A DNA stretch of 64,000 nucleotides from Lepidodermella squamata (lineage: Eukaryota > Animalia > Gastrotricha). Positions 1 through 13,497 of the stretch are shown here, in pieces. The stretch covers positions 124,001-188,000 of the forward strand of contig JBLDXI010000029.1 in the NCBI GenBank assembly GCA_047495785.1. The letters are read 5' to 3'. The position numbers and the translations under genes were made by a program. Position 1 is the first letter of the stretch, and every line of letters begins with the position of its first letter. The notes beneath the pieces were generated by a model. It did no database searches and had not been told where the DNA came from. It saw nothing but the letters and a program-made list of their open reading frames with translations.

Positions 1-120
1 AACTGTGGGGGTGGGTGATTTCCATCTTTCGCCTGCCTTCGCCCTCCTCAAAACCGTTTTTACGGTATAGATGCTTAATCGAGAGGAGGACTAAATAAAA
101 CCATTATTATTATTATTATT

Positions 121-3100
121 ATGATATTTTTCAGACGCGCTAGACGACGATGATGACAACGACGGCATTTCTGATGCCGACGAAAAGAAGGATTCGGATG
201 GTGATGGCGTGCCAGGTAAGCGCACTTGGAACGGCTGGTTCGGGAGCGCGAGTTGCATCATTGTGTTTCTTTGTTCGCAGATTATCTCGACGACGATGAT
301 GATAACGATGGCATCCCAGATTCGCAAGACAAGGATGATGATGGCGATGGCATTCCGGACGACCAGGAAGACAGCGATGGCGACGGTGTGCCAGGTTAGT
401 TCCGGGCCGTGATGTGCAACTGCGCGTTGTGGGGAGGGCACCGTTGGGTATTGCGTTGCGAAAGGCTGAAATGTGCGGGGTTGCGAGCTTTCGAGCTTAG
501 CCCAGCTAGGTTCGGGGATTGTCGGTTGGGTTTCACTTCCGGGCTGGCATGCGTTTGGAATAGGTTGGCGGTAGTTCCCGGGTTGCGGTATTGAGGTTCG
601 CTGGGAATCTCGTGCGTGCATGGCGCAGGTGGCGCTGGGTTTCGAGCTTCGAACTCTTGTTGAGCTTCGAATTGACGCTTTCAATGATATTTTTCAGACG
701 CGCTAGACGACGATGATGACAACGACGGCATTTCTGATGCCGACGAAAAGAAGGATTCGGATGGTGATGGCGTGCCAGGTAAGCGCACTTGGAACGGCTG
801 GTTCGGGAGCGCGAGTTGCATCATTGTGTTTCTTTGTTCGCAGATTATCTCGACGACGATGATGATAACGATGGCATCCCAGATTCGCAAGACAACGATG
901 ATGATGGCGATGGCATTCCGGACGACCAGGAAGACAGCGATGGCGACGGTGTGCCAGGTTAGTTCCGGGCGGTGATGTGCAACTGCGCGTTGTGGGGAGG
1001 GCACCGTTGGGTATTGCGTTGCGAAAGGCTGAAATGTGCGCGGTTGTGAGCTTTCGAGCTTAGCCCAGCTAGGTTCGGGGATTGTCGGTTGGGTTTCACT
1101 TCCGGGCTGGCATGCGTTTGGAATAGGTTGGCGGTAGTTCCCGGGTTGCGGTATTGAGGTTCGCTGGGAATCTCGTGCGTGCATGGCGCAGGTGGCGCTG
1201 GGTTTCGAGCTTCGAATTGACGCTTTCAATGATATTTTTCAGACGCGCTAGACGACGATGATGACAACGACGGCATTTCTGATGCCGACGAAAAGAAGGA
1301 TTCGGATGGTGATGGCGTGCCAGGTAAGCGCACTTGGAACGGCTGGTTCGGGAGCGCGAGTTGCATCATTGTGTTTCTTTGTTCGCAGATTATCTCGACG
1401 ACGATGATGATAACGATGGCATCCCAGATTCGCAAGACAACGATGATGATGGCGATGGCATTCCGGACGACCAGGAAGACAGCGATGGCGACGGTGTGCC
1501 AGGTTAGTTCCGGGCCGTGATGTGCAACTGCGCGTTGTGGGGAGGGCACCGTTGGGTATTGCGTTGCGAAGGGCTGAAATGTGCGGGGTTGCGAGCTTTC
1601 GAGCTTAGCCCAGCTAGGTTCGGGGATTGTCGGTTGGGTTTCACTTCCGGGCTGGCATGCGTTTGGAATAGGTTGGCGGTAGTTCCCGGGTTGCGGGATT
1701 GAGGTTCGCTGGGAATCTCGTGCGTGCATGGCGCAGGTGGCGCTGGGTTTCGAGCTTCGAATTGACGCTTTCAATGATATTTTTCAGACGCGCTAGACGA
1801 CGATGATGACAACGACGGCATTTCTGATGCCGACGAAAAGAAGGATTCGGATGGTGATGGCGTGCCAGGTAAGCGCACTTGGAACGGCTGGTTCGGGAGC
1901 GCGAGTTGCATCATTGTGTTTCTTTGTTCGCAGATTATCTCGACGACGATGATGATAACGATGGCATCCCAGATTCGCAAGACAACGATGATGATGGCGA
2001 TGGCATTCCGGACGACCAGGAAGACAGCGATGGCGACGGTGTGCCAGGTTAGTTCCGGGCCGTGATGTGCAACTGCGCGTTGTGGGGAGGGCACCGTTGG
2101 GTATTGCGTTGCGAAAGGCTGAAATGTGCGGGGTTGCGAGCTTTCGAGCTTAGCCCAGCTAGGTTCGGGGATTGTCGGTTGGGTTTCACTTCCGGGCTGG
2201 CATGCGTTTGGAATAGGTTGGCGGTAGTTCCCGGGTTGCGGGATTGAGGTTCGCTGGGAATCTCGTGCGTGCATGGCGCAGGTGGCGCTGGGTTTCGAGC
2301 TTCGAATTGACGCTTTCAATGATATTTTTCAGACGCGCTAGACGACGATGATGACAACGACGGCATTTCTGATGCCGACGAAAAGAAGGATTCGGATGGT
2401 GATGGCGTGCCAGGTAAGCGCACTTGGAACGGCTGGTTCGGGAGCGCGAGTTGCATCATTGTGTTTCTTTGTTCGCAGATTATCTCGACGACGATGATGA
2501 TAACGATGGCATCCCAGATTCGCAAGACAACGATGATGATGGCGATGGCATTCCGGACGACCAGGAAGACAGCGATGGCGACGGTGTGCCAGGTTAGTTC
2601 CGGGCCGTGATGTGCAACTGCGCGTTGTGGGGAGGGCACCGTTGGGTATTGCGTTGCGAAGGGCTGAAATGTGCGGGGTTGCGAGCTTTCGAGCTTAGCC
2701 CAGCTAGGTTCGGGGATTGTCGGTTGGGTTTCACTTCCGGGCTGGCATGCGTTTGGAATAGGTTGGCGGTAGTTCCCGGGTTGCGGTATTGAGGTTCGCT
2801 GGGAATCTCGTGCGTGCATGGCGCAGGTGGCGCTGGGTTTCGAGCTTCGAATTCTTGTTGAGCTTCGAATTGACGCTTTCAATGATATTTTTCAGACGCG
2901 CTAGACGACGATGATGACAACGACGGCATTTCTGATGCCGACGAAAAGAAGGATTCGGATGGTGATGGCGTGCCAGGTAAGCGCACTTGGAACGGCTGGT
3001 TCGGGAGCGCGAGTTGCATCATTGTGTTTCTTTGTTCGCAGATTATCTCGACGACGATGATGATAACGATGGCATCCCAGATTCGCAAGACAACGATGAT

Positions 3101-3674
3101 GATGGCGATGGCATTCCGGACGACCAGGAAGACAGCGATGGCGACGGTGTGCCAGGTTAGTTCCGGGCGGTGATGTGCAACTGCGCGTTGTGGGGAGGGC
3201 ACCGTTGGGTATTGCGTTGCGAAAGGCTGAAATGTGCGGGGTTGCGAGCTTTCGAGCTTAGCCCAGCTAGGTTCGGGGATTGTCGGTTGGGTTTCACTTC
3301 CGGGCTGGCATGCGTTTGGAATAGGTTGGCGGTAGTTCCCGGGTTGCGGTATTGAGGTTCGCTGGGAATCTCGTGCGTGCATGGCGCAGGTGGCGCTGGG
3401 TTTCGAGCTTCGAATTCTTGTTGAGCTTCGAATTGACGCTTTCAATGATATTTTTCAGACGCGCTAGACGACGATGATGACAACGACGGCATTTCTGATG
3501 CCGACGAAAAGAAGGATTCGGATGGTGATGGCGTGCCAGGTAAGCGCACTTGGAACGGCTGGTTCGGGAGCGCGAGTTGCATCATTGTGTTTCTTTGTTC
3601 GCAGATTATCTCGACGACGATGATGATAACGATGGCATCCCAGATTCGCAAGACAACGATGATGATGGCGATGG
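121..3674 (+). repeat. Tandem array of ~6.4 units (545/563 bp); each unit = exon A (81 nt) + 65-nt intron + exon B (114 nt) + 285/303-nt intron
   Basis: Exon A starts at 135, 698, 1243, 1788, 2333, 2896, 3459 (periods 563,545,545,545,563,563). Units are near-identical; the length difference is an 18-bp indel between two GAGCTTCGAA direct repeats. Confidence 0.97.
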
Positions 3675-6600
3675 AAAATCTGACTTTGCTGGTGATACTG
3701 ATGGTGACGGCATCGCTGGTAAGTCTCTCTTCGGATTTTTCTCAACTTTTCTCCGATCCACGTACTTTGTTTCGCTGGGTTCTTTGAGGCATTTGTAGTG
3801 CAAGTGGTTGCAGCTAAAACATTGAAATACCTGTTCAAGGTTTTGCAGTTAAAATTTGCTGTGTGACGGTTAAGGGTGACGTTGCCGCGTTCACCTGTTA
3901 TCATACATGCTATCCAAGTTATTCCATTTATAATTGAATTCAAAGAAATATTCGGTCAGGATAATTCTAATAGGAGTCATCCACTTAGTCATGAACTTTC
4001 GCACGCATTTTCGTTTCAACGATTATTTTTTGTTTTCCAGATATTCATGATAATGATGACGATAACGACGGCGTTTTCGGTAATTACATTCCGCTTTTGA
4101 TGTTTCCTCTGTGCCTTTACCTCAGTTTTATTTATCTTTTATAATACTCGTTGAACCGAGCATATTATATATTTCTGATTTGTATTCAGATTCAGTTGAC
4201 CATGACGACGATAACGATGGCATTGCTGATTCTCAAGAACCCATCGATAGTGATTTTGACGGCATTCCCGGTATTTTGCCAGGCTATTTATATTTCACTA
4301 ACTGATAAAATATTCAATTTTTCAACAAGACTTCATCGACGACGATGATGATAACGATGGCATCCCAGGTAGGCTAATTAACGTAAGAGGAGATCATAAT
4401 TCAGCTGAAAATTCCACTCAGATTCCGAAGACGAAGACGACGACGGCGACGGCATTCCGGACGCTGACGAGCGCCTCGATTCGGATGGCGATGGCATCCC
4501 AGGTTTGAAATCGGGCTCAGTGCTTTGTTAGGCTTGCCGCTTCAACTTTAGTTACCGCTTTATAGACTACCTTGATCCAGATGACGATAATGACGGAATG
4601 CCAGGTATGTATGCGCTTTTTTAGTTCGCTTGATCATATCATCCTCTTCAGCCTCTGAACATTTAATATATCGCCCATATGCTTTCAGACTCGAATGACG
4701 TCGACGATGACGGTGACGGAGTTTCGGACAAGGATGAGGTCATCGGACCTGATTCGGATAACGACGGAATTCCAGGTATGAGAAAATTAATCAGTAACTG
4801 ATAAACATTTAGGCGTGGTTTTCGCTTTTATGATTAACGAGACCGATGATAAAACGGGGCGCTTCGCCATAAAATCTAGCTCACTCTACTCACATAAGCA
4901 CGCAAATATTGGTGCGCTGCTTTTTTGCGCGAGCGTGCGCGCACTGCTATAATATTGAATACGCGTTGATGCGAGCGAGCACTGAATGCGCGCGCCGGCC
5001 AACGCTAATCGAAACAGCGCGCTTCCAACTATATATGTATCCCTCTTACAGACGCCGCTGATCTGGACGCTGATGCCGACGGTATCCCGGATGAGCTCGA
5101 GATAGGTGTGTTTCCTATATTCACTATGCCGTATACTATTACTCAAAATTATTACTGCTGGCTCTACGAGAAAAAACGAGCCGAACTCAACCAGAGTGGC
5201 TCATGATAAAATATGACTGAAAGGCACTTGTGGTTGTCGGACCGCAGACAGTTATTCTGATGTTATTGGCGCCTAATCAATATCATAAGCAGTTGTTTAT
5301 TGTTGTTCTCGCTCTACTTCTATTTGTTCGCGGGGCAGATACCGACGGCGACGGTACGCCGGACTACCTCGACGAAGACGATGATGGCGACGGCGTGCCA
5401 GGTTTGAGCTTAAATATACCTTTCATTTCAGAAAATTGTAGCAATTTCTTATAATTTGAAGATTGGCAAGACAATGACGACGATGGCGACGGTATTCCGG
5501 ACGAGAAAGAAAAACTTGGAGGCCCCCCAGCAATCGATCTGATTGCTGATTCCGACGGCGATGGAATACCCGACGCCATGGTTACAAAAAACTTCGGGTT
5601 TGATTTTAAAAAATTTGAATTTTCGCGTTTTAAGGATGATGATGATGACAATGATGGAATTCCGGACTATTTGGATTTGGACGACAACAACAACGGCATT
5701 GTCGACCGGAGCGAAAAGAAACTGGCCGACTCTGATGGTGATGGCATCCCAGGTACGAAATACGCCGGCGCCAGAATTTCATGCTTATTTCGTGTCGTTT
5801 TGCCTGCCTAATTAGATAGTAGTTGTTTTTACATCGTTTAGTTCATGCTGTAATCATAGAGTTTAGAGTATTCAGATGAAATCACTTTTAGGAATTAGGA
5901 GATGCATGCAGTGTTGTTTGTTGTTCAATGGTTTTATTTGCTATATACGTCTAGATATCTTGGATGCGGATGATGACAATGATGGCATACCAGGTTAATA
6001 ATAATTCCTTTTTCGCTCACATTTTCCTCAACTGAGTTTTGCCAACTAAAAACTAAATCGCGGAATTTCGCGAGCTGAAATCCCGTCAGCTATTACTAAA
6101 ATCAATCAATGACAAATGCGAAAAGTGATTGCGAGGAAAACGAGGGTAAATTAACTCGAAGCCTATGCCAACGCCCGTCTTTTCCTTCACGTATCCTGGA
6201 AATTCCTTGAAATTAATTAGACAGCATCGTTAAGAACTTTTCTATTTAGCTAGCGCAACCTATACATAATAATATAAAAGCCCTCGAAGAACCGTTTAAA
6301 TGTGCACCGTTGCTGAATGCTACCTTCGTTAAAAGATTCCTCGCACGACAACACTCGAGATCGTATTTGAAATGTTGTGAATAGAGTCAAATTGGCACAG
6401 ATTCTCCCGCACATTGCACAGTTTAATTGCCTAGACATCGAGCAACATTTTATGCTCGGTAAATGGAATCAAAGCCGAAAATATAGTCTGGGTGCCTTTA
6501 TGCCTCGTCTCCGCGACAATAGCTGAATTTTTGAAACTCCAAGATCCGACGTTTTTAATTGGCAAAATTCAGAAATTTGGAAATTGCGTTGCTAATTGAT

Positions 6601-9600
6601 GTTTTTTGTATCATTTGCATCTTGCTCGCTGCAGACGAGCTGGACACAGATGATGACAACGATGGCATCCCGGATCACCTGGATGACGAAAGGAATGACG
6701 GCCACCAGCGAGCTCGTCTCAAGGATTCGGACGGGGATGGAATACCTGACTGGCTCGATCAGGACGATGATAATGACGGCATCAGGGATGACATCGATCC
6801 AGACGATCATACACCGGCACCACGCGGTCTGAAATTGGCCAATTTGAACCACGACCTCGACAATGATGGCTTCCCAGATGACCGTTAGATTGCTTTACAT
6901 GAGCTAAATCTGCAAGCATTATGAGCCCTTTTATTTCAGAGGATGACGATGACGATAACGACGGAATCATCGATAGCTACGATAGGGACAACAACGGCAA
7001 TGGAGTGCCTGATGATGTGAGACGGCAGTGTGCTGAATGAGTTTTCCTTTATTGAAAATTATTGATTTCGCAGATCGAACAGCGTGATTCCGATGGCGAC
7101 GGTGAGCCTGACGTCACGGACTTGGATGACGACAACGACGGCATCCCCGACTACCTGGATGAGGACTGTGACGGCGACGGCATTGAGGACCACTTGCGTG
7201 ACACTGATGGCGACGGCATTCCGGATTACTTGTGAGTGTTGCTACTTATAGGTCTCAATCGATTTTGATTGCGTTCTTTCAGGGATGCCGATGCAAATGG
7301 TGATGGTCGGAAGGACATGCTGAAAGACATCGACCGTGACGGCATTGTTGACGCTTTGGTAGGGAAATGGCTTATAGCGTTGCACGTCTTCGAATGACTG
7401 TGTCTCTTCCTATCTAAATTAGGATCCTGATGATGACAACGACGGAGTGCCAGATTACTTGGACTCGGATGCCAACGGCAACGGTATTCCTGATGTTATC
7501 GAAGTCAAAGATACAGATGGAGACGGTATCGCTGGTAAGTCCCGAGTTCGAAAAGTTAATTGAAATTTTTAAGAAGATTAGGAATTACGAGAAATGTTTC
7601 AAGCAAGGTTCTAAATGCTTGCTTCAAATGACTGATGAAACGCAGCATTAAGTGTAGATCACCGCTTTATTTGAAAAAAAACTCGATGAAGGGAAATAAG
7701 GTGCTGCCAACACTTTTCGGAATTTGTTTAAAAACAATCGGTGAAGTATGACAAAAATGTTATTCTCACACAGACTGGATCGACGATGATGACGATAACG
7801 ATGGCATCCCCGATTTCGAAGATGTCGACGCCAACGGCGACGGCATTGTCGATAAGTTGAAGGACGGCGACGGTGATGGTGTGCCTGATCTTTACGATAC
7901 CGATGCTGACAACTTCGGTGAGTGATCCATTGAGTGGTCATTGCGAGACGAATTGCTAATGTTTTGTACTCATGTCTCAGGCGGTTTTGATAAGCTGAAG
8001 GACTCGGATGGCGACGGCACCCCGGACTTTTTGGATGGAGATGATGGCATCCCAGATCGTCTGGATGACGACGATGACGGTGATGGCGTTGCCGATTCAA
8101 GTGAGTTTATTTGGCGCTTCCTATTCGTTTCAGAAGCTTTATGTCAATGATTAGGCGAGGATGCTAATGGAGACGGCCGGCCTGATTTGTTAGCTGCGAT
8201 TAACAAGGACATTTCTGAACTACCGTCTGCCATCAAGAACCGCGATACTGATTCAGATGGTGTGCCAGACTGGCTGGATGAGGACGATGACGGCGACGGC
8301 GTGCCGGACTCGTATGATTCCGATGTCGACGGAGACGGCCGGCCCGAGCGCATCTTCCGCGGCGGCGTCCTCATCGCGAAGCTAGGCGAATCGCGCGTTC
8401 TGCCTGGCGGTCTGCGTGACATTGACTTCGACGGCCTGCCAGATGCTTACGATGACGATGATGACAATGACGGCGTGCCGGATATCCATGACCTTGACCA
8501 GGACGGTAACGGCATCCTGGATGAGGTCGAGCGGCGTCAGCGCCCTCACACCGGCATCAATCGTACACAGGCTGGTTTGCCGCGCCAGAAGCAATACACG
8601 TTTGCGCAGCAAGATCGCGACTTTGATAACGACGGCATCCCAGGTACAAATATTTTTCAAATTAGTGGCTCTCGGCTAAAGACTACATTCAAAATTCTGG
8701 ACCACCTATGATTTATTCATAAAAATTGATTTTTCAGATTACCTGGATAACGATGATGATAACGATGGCATCATTGTAAGTTGACATTTCATCGGGTCTT
8801 TGGATTGAAATCATTTTGTTGCTCCTATAGGATCTTTTGGACGATGATGACGATAACAACGGCATCGTTGACCTGAGTGAGGACTGGGATGGCGACGGTT
8901 TGCCCAACTTCATGGACAAGGACATGGATAGCAATGGCTGGTTCGATTACTACCTTGACACTGACCAAGACAGCGTGCCTGACTACCTCGATTTCGATGA
9001 CGATGACGATGGCGTAAGTTCACAAGGCCATCATCACCTTGAAGAAGCCGACTCTATTTACTTTACAGATCCCTGACTACCTGGACCTCGATGGTAATGG
9101 GGATTATATTCCCGATATCTTGCAAGACCTTGATCGCGATGGAATCCCTGGTAAGCTCCAGCCACCTGATTTCCGGGTGTTTTGTGTTACATATATATTT
9201 GATTTAAGACCATCTCGACTTGGATGCTGACGGTAATCGTATCATGGACTCGAACGAGGACCATGACCATGACGGCATTCCCGACTACTGGGACAACGAC
9301 GACGACAACGACGGAATCCCAGATTACCTCGACCCGGATGATGACAACGATGGCGTGCTCGACGTGAATGAAGACGCGGACAACGACGGCGTGCCAGATT
9401 ACGTCGACTGGGAAATCAACGGATTCCGCTCGCCGCGTCACTACAGAGACACGGACCAGGACGGCCTGCCCGACTTGTTCGATGACGACGACGACAATGA
9501 CGGAATTCCGGACGCGAAGGACCCGGATGCGAATGGCGACAAGATTCTCGACCGCAACCAGGACGAAGACCAGGACGGTATTCCGGACTATGTCGACGAC

Positions 9601-10665
9601 GATGCGAACGGAGACCACGTTCCTGATTCATTTGAAATCGGTAATCCTGTTAGATTTCATCTCCACTTATTGTCTCATCTTTTTGTTTCAGATACTGACA
9701 GGGATGGTATCCCCAACTGGCTGGACCTCGACGACCTGGACGGAGATGGCCTGCGTGATTGGATCGACGAAGACGCTGATGGAAACGGCATCAACGATGC
9801 TGAAGAACGGTTTGCTGCCGCGGCCAAGTTGGCGCTTGAAATGGGCGAAATCGACTCGGACTGCGACGGCATTCCAGATTCGGAGGATGAAGATGACGAT
9901 AACGACGGCGTGCCTGATGCCAAGGACGACGACGATGATGGCGATGGCGTTCCGGACGAATTCGACAAGGGCGAGCAGAACAGTTTGTTCGCTGGATTGG
10001 TCGGAAAACGCGACGAAAGCCATCACGAAAGCCATCACGGTCATCACGATCACGGTCACGGTCACGGTCATGAAGAAAGCGATGAAGAGGAGTCACACGA
10101 TCATGACGAGCACAGTGAAGAGGACGAGTACGATCTGCTAGATGTGCTGCACGCGTGGATCAACGGCGAAGTCGATCCGAAGAACCTCGAATCTGCTGAA
10201 CCTGAGGCTGAGGAAGCTGAGGATGGTGGGGATGAGGAAAAGGGCGAGTGTGAAGGTGACGACTGCGAGGCGGCCGAATCAAAGTCGTTGTTGCAGGAGG
10301 CGTACGACAGCGTTTTAGGCCGGTTGAATGCGCTGCGGGAGCGTTTCGAGGTGCCGGAGGATGCGCCGAAACACCCGCACGAGCTGAAGCAGGAAATCGA
10401 CCTGCCTGAACTCATTTCCACTATAGGCTCGCGCCTGAAGCGTCAGTTTGTCAACTGGCGCGAGGGCAAGAAGATCTGCCGCGTGATAGCAGGCAGCCGG
10501 CCGCGAGCTCAAGCCGCAGCCAAGGTCACCAAGCCCAAGATCGGCCAAAAGCCGCCAGTGAAAGTCGTCCCGAAGCCCGCCCAACAGCAGCAACAACAAG
10601 CGAAGCCGGTAGTACAGCGACAACAACCAAAGCAGCATCAATTGAACAAGCAGATTAAGAATTGA
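135..10665 (+). CDS. Large Asp-rich, probably Ca2+-binding protein of thrombospondin type-3-like (DxDxDGxxD / DDDNDGIPD) repeats; about 38 exons; 5' end lies upstream of the window
   Basis: Exons bounded by AG/GT, mostly phase 1 (e.g. 135-215, 281-394, 4041-4079, 4190-4270, last exon ~9691-10665), splice in frame into repeats such as [14 protein letters not shown] and DSDGDGVPD. The C-terminus has His-rich, Glu-rich and K/Q/P-rich blocks; TGA at 10663-10665. Confidence 0.85.
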
Positions 10666-11851
10666 TAGACCTTTTAAATCATGTTAAATATAGAAAAAAA
10701 TGAACGCATAAAATGTGCAAAAAATGTGCAACGGTCACGAAAAAGTTTCTTATGTCACCTGCCTGTTTGTCCCGTGTTTTCTATACATATAATATGTTTC
10801 ACCTTTCGTCTTGCCTATAAATCTTTGTTGGTGTATGTTTTCGAAGCGAAAACGCGTGTGGACAGGCGCTGCGATAAGAACCTTCACTATTCATCTTCAC
10901 TTTCGTGTTATCATCATGTGCCGTCGTTTGCTGTGTCTGTCACTCACATCTTGTTGCTCGCAGTTCACATGGGCGTCTTCGTCGGGGAAATTTTTCTACC
11001 TATTTTCATGATAATGTTCCCGCTTTCACGACTCGCGCTGAAAAATTGTCGCTATTCATTTATTATATTGATATGGAAATACCTCATGCACCTTCTCCGA
11101 TACTCATAACGCGCATTTACTGCTATCACCACAACACACCAAAGAGACAATTTTTCAGCGGAAATTTTTCTGTTATTTCTCTCTCGCATCATCCATGACT
11201 GTGTTTGACGTTCAGCTATACTTTTACAACTATTTATGTGTCAAATTAACTATATTGTTATTGCACCGATATGTGTATTAGTTTCGACCGTGATCATTTG
11301 CAAATTACTATGAAATTATCATTGTTTGCTTATTGACTGCTGAGTGCGACCGTGCGATCGCACGGCTGCGATGCGCGCGGTAGCGGAAACCTGTGACAAA
11401 GTAAAAGAAACTGAAATGAAAAAACGATGTTTTTTGCCTCGAAACAACAAAGTTACAGTTAGGTAACTCGGCAACTTGGGCTGCGCACTAGCTTGAACAG
11501 GAGACATCGCAGAGAAAAGGCTGGCCGCAATGATTTATGATTTTATCGATTTATTTGTTTGCCGTGGTTGATCGACTTTACTCATTTTTCCAACTCAGGA
11601 TAACAAGCCTGCGGTTTCACACGGTGCAAGACATAGTAGGTAGGTATATTGGGTATCCTTTGCCGAAATAACAGTATGGATGGTCAAGCAATTTTCTATT
11701 TCGAAACCTGTTCGAAACCCTACACGCTTGGATACGCACTTCCAGGCCTCTGTTTTTTAGCGAATCTCGGTGGTTTCGGTTATCCTATTAGTGTCATGTT
11801 ACAGAATTTACTGGTTCTACTATCGATACGGGAAACAAAATCAGCTTTCAA

Positions 11852-12291
11852 CTGAAAATTCTTGACCTCGGAGCTAATCGACTCGAAGACCCTGGCGCTA
11901 TTCGCCTCACACAGAGCCCAACTAACAGCAACAACTGCCTGAAGTGCCTGATTGTGACATTCAACGACATCAAGGGCGAGGGGCTGTGCGCCCTCGCAAC
12001 TATGATGCAGACTAACTTCTCCATCGACGAGATATACATTTGTGGCAACATTTTCGACGACAAGTCAGCTCGCATGTTCGTGGAGCTGCTCGAAAACGGG
12101 CGGATAAGCTACAGCGAAATCGACATCCGGCCGTACGAAGTCGACGGCGTGGTCTACGTCGCCGAGCTCAACAACCGACAGGTACTACGGCGATGACGTG
12201 CCACAGGAGAATCAGGGCTTCGCGGGTTTCGCATGCAAAAATTCGCGGCGCCCCGCACGATGCGGGCGAGAAGCCGTCGAAAGCCCAGTAG
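11852..12291 (+). pseudogene. LRRC34: Orphan 3' fragment of LRRC34, probably a pseudogene
   Basis: Reads LKILDLGANRLEDPGAIRL...NDIKGEGLCALA...IYICGNIFDD...DIRPYEVDGVVYVAELNN, matching the LRRC34 C-terminus as I recall it. The homologous tail (YYGDDVPQENQGFA) continues only in another frame after ~12182. No upstream LRR exons are visible. Confidence 0.72.
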
Positions 12292-13497
12292 TAGTAGTAG
12301 TCTGCTGAAAACAAACATGAATCATCTCTTTGATTTTAATTACGGATAATTAGAACTGTCTATTTTTCTGATTCATGATTTGCGAAAAAATAAAGCTTTA
12401 CAATTGATAGTCTGGCTTTGACGAGTTTTTCTGGAATGCATAAATGATGACAGCGGAAATTTGCGGCTAATCGAGTGCATTATAGGGATGTGGGCGTCAG
12501 GTACGCTCGCAAAAACAAGCGGCCGGATATGTAATTTCACTGAAGAAATTTTTCAGCGAAATTACTCTCGGAAAAGTAGCCCATATGCGTATCGAATCGA
12601 GCTGATTGAGTAGCCGTGCCCGGAAAACAGCCACTCGACGCAGCATCGCAATATTTTCTCATGACTCATATAACGCAATTTTCATCATCATCATCATCAT
12701 CACCGTTCTGTGCGTCATTTCGATCGCTTTCGGCGACCACTGCTACTGCTACTGTTGCCGAATTTCGCCTCGCATTGTTCGACAATTGACCCGCCCGCAC
12801 ATACATATATGCAGGCAAGCAACAACAGCAGTGTGTTTGTGACTTTAAATGCGCAGCAAATTTTTGGGGAGCGCGGCAAAATGCAATTTTGTGCCAGAGC
12901 CAGTATCACCCTGGGGACGCCCTCGCTCGCGTGCGTGAATTTTTTCCAATTAAACATTCTTAGCGTAAACACGCTTTTTGACACTTGATTGTTTACGCCT
13001 CGCGATCACGCGGCCCGTTCTCGCTTAATCGAAACTTCACACCACCTCAACGAGTGGGCCAAACAAAGGCGATTGTCACATTTCACCGCCGCGATCATTA
13101 ATTTTCAAAGTTTACTAATTTCGCATCAACATTTTCTATTCCCATTGATATCAACGACGCAATTATACATGACTGCTAATAGCATATTAAAGCTGCACCT
13201 ATTTCCTAACGATATAGGTGAGCAATATCGAGGCAATATCGATTTCGATTATTTATAATTAATATTTCAAGCTATTAATAATTCTTTAATCGCTGAAGGA
13301 AAACCATAACTGAGGATTTTCTCGCGACTCTATATGACAGGAAAAATTGGGTCACAAAATAATTGCAAGTCGGAGCCTCAGGGCTAGGGACCCTGAAGTT
13401 TCTGGAACTGAGAGATTGTCGGTTGGTACGAATCAGGGTTCATGAGTTTTGACTGTCTCATTTCTATAACTTTTAGGGGTTAAATTAAACCATAAGA

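Noticed and set aside
209-3355. Repeated 67-aa and 61-aa plus-strand ORFs
   Set aside because: They are out-of-frame or intronic readings of the exon/intron units.
121-3674. CRISPR array or satellite interpretation of the tandem repeat
   Set aside because: Units are 545-563 bp with no unique spacers and contain spliceable exons in a eukaryotic gene.
9187-10641. Several long overlapping ORFs on alternative frames, here and over other GC-rich exons (PTP, CWH43, STRIP)
   Set aside because: Shadow ORFs caused by GC3 bias and low-complexity codons.
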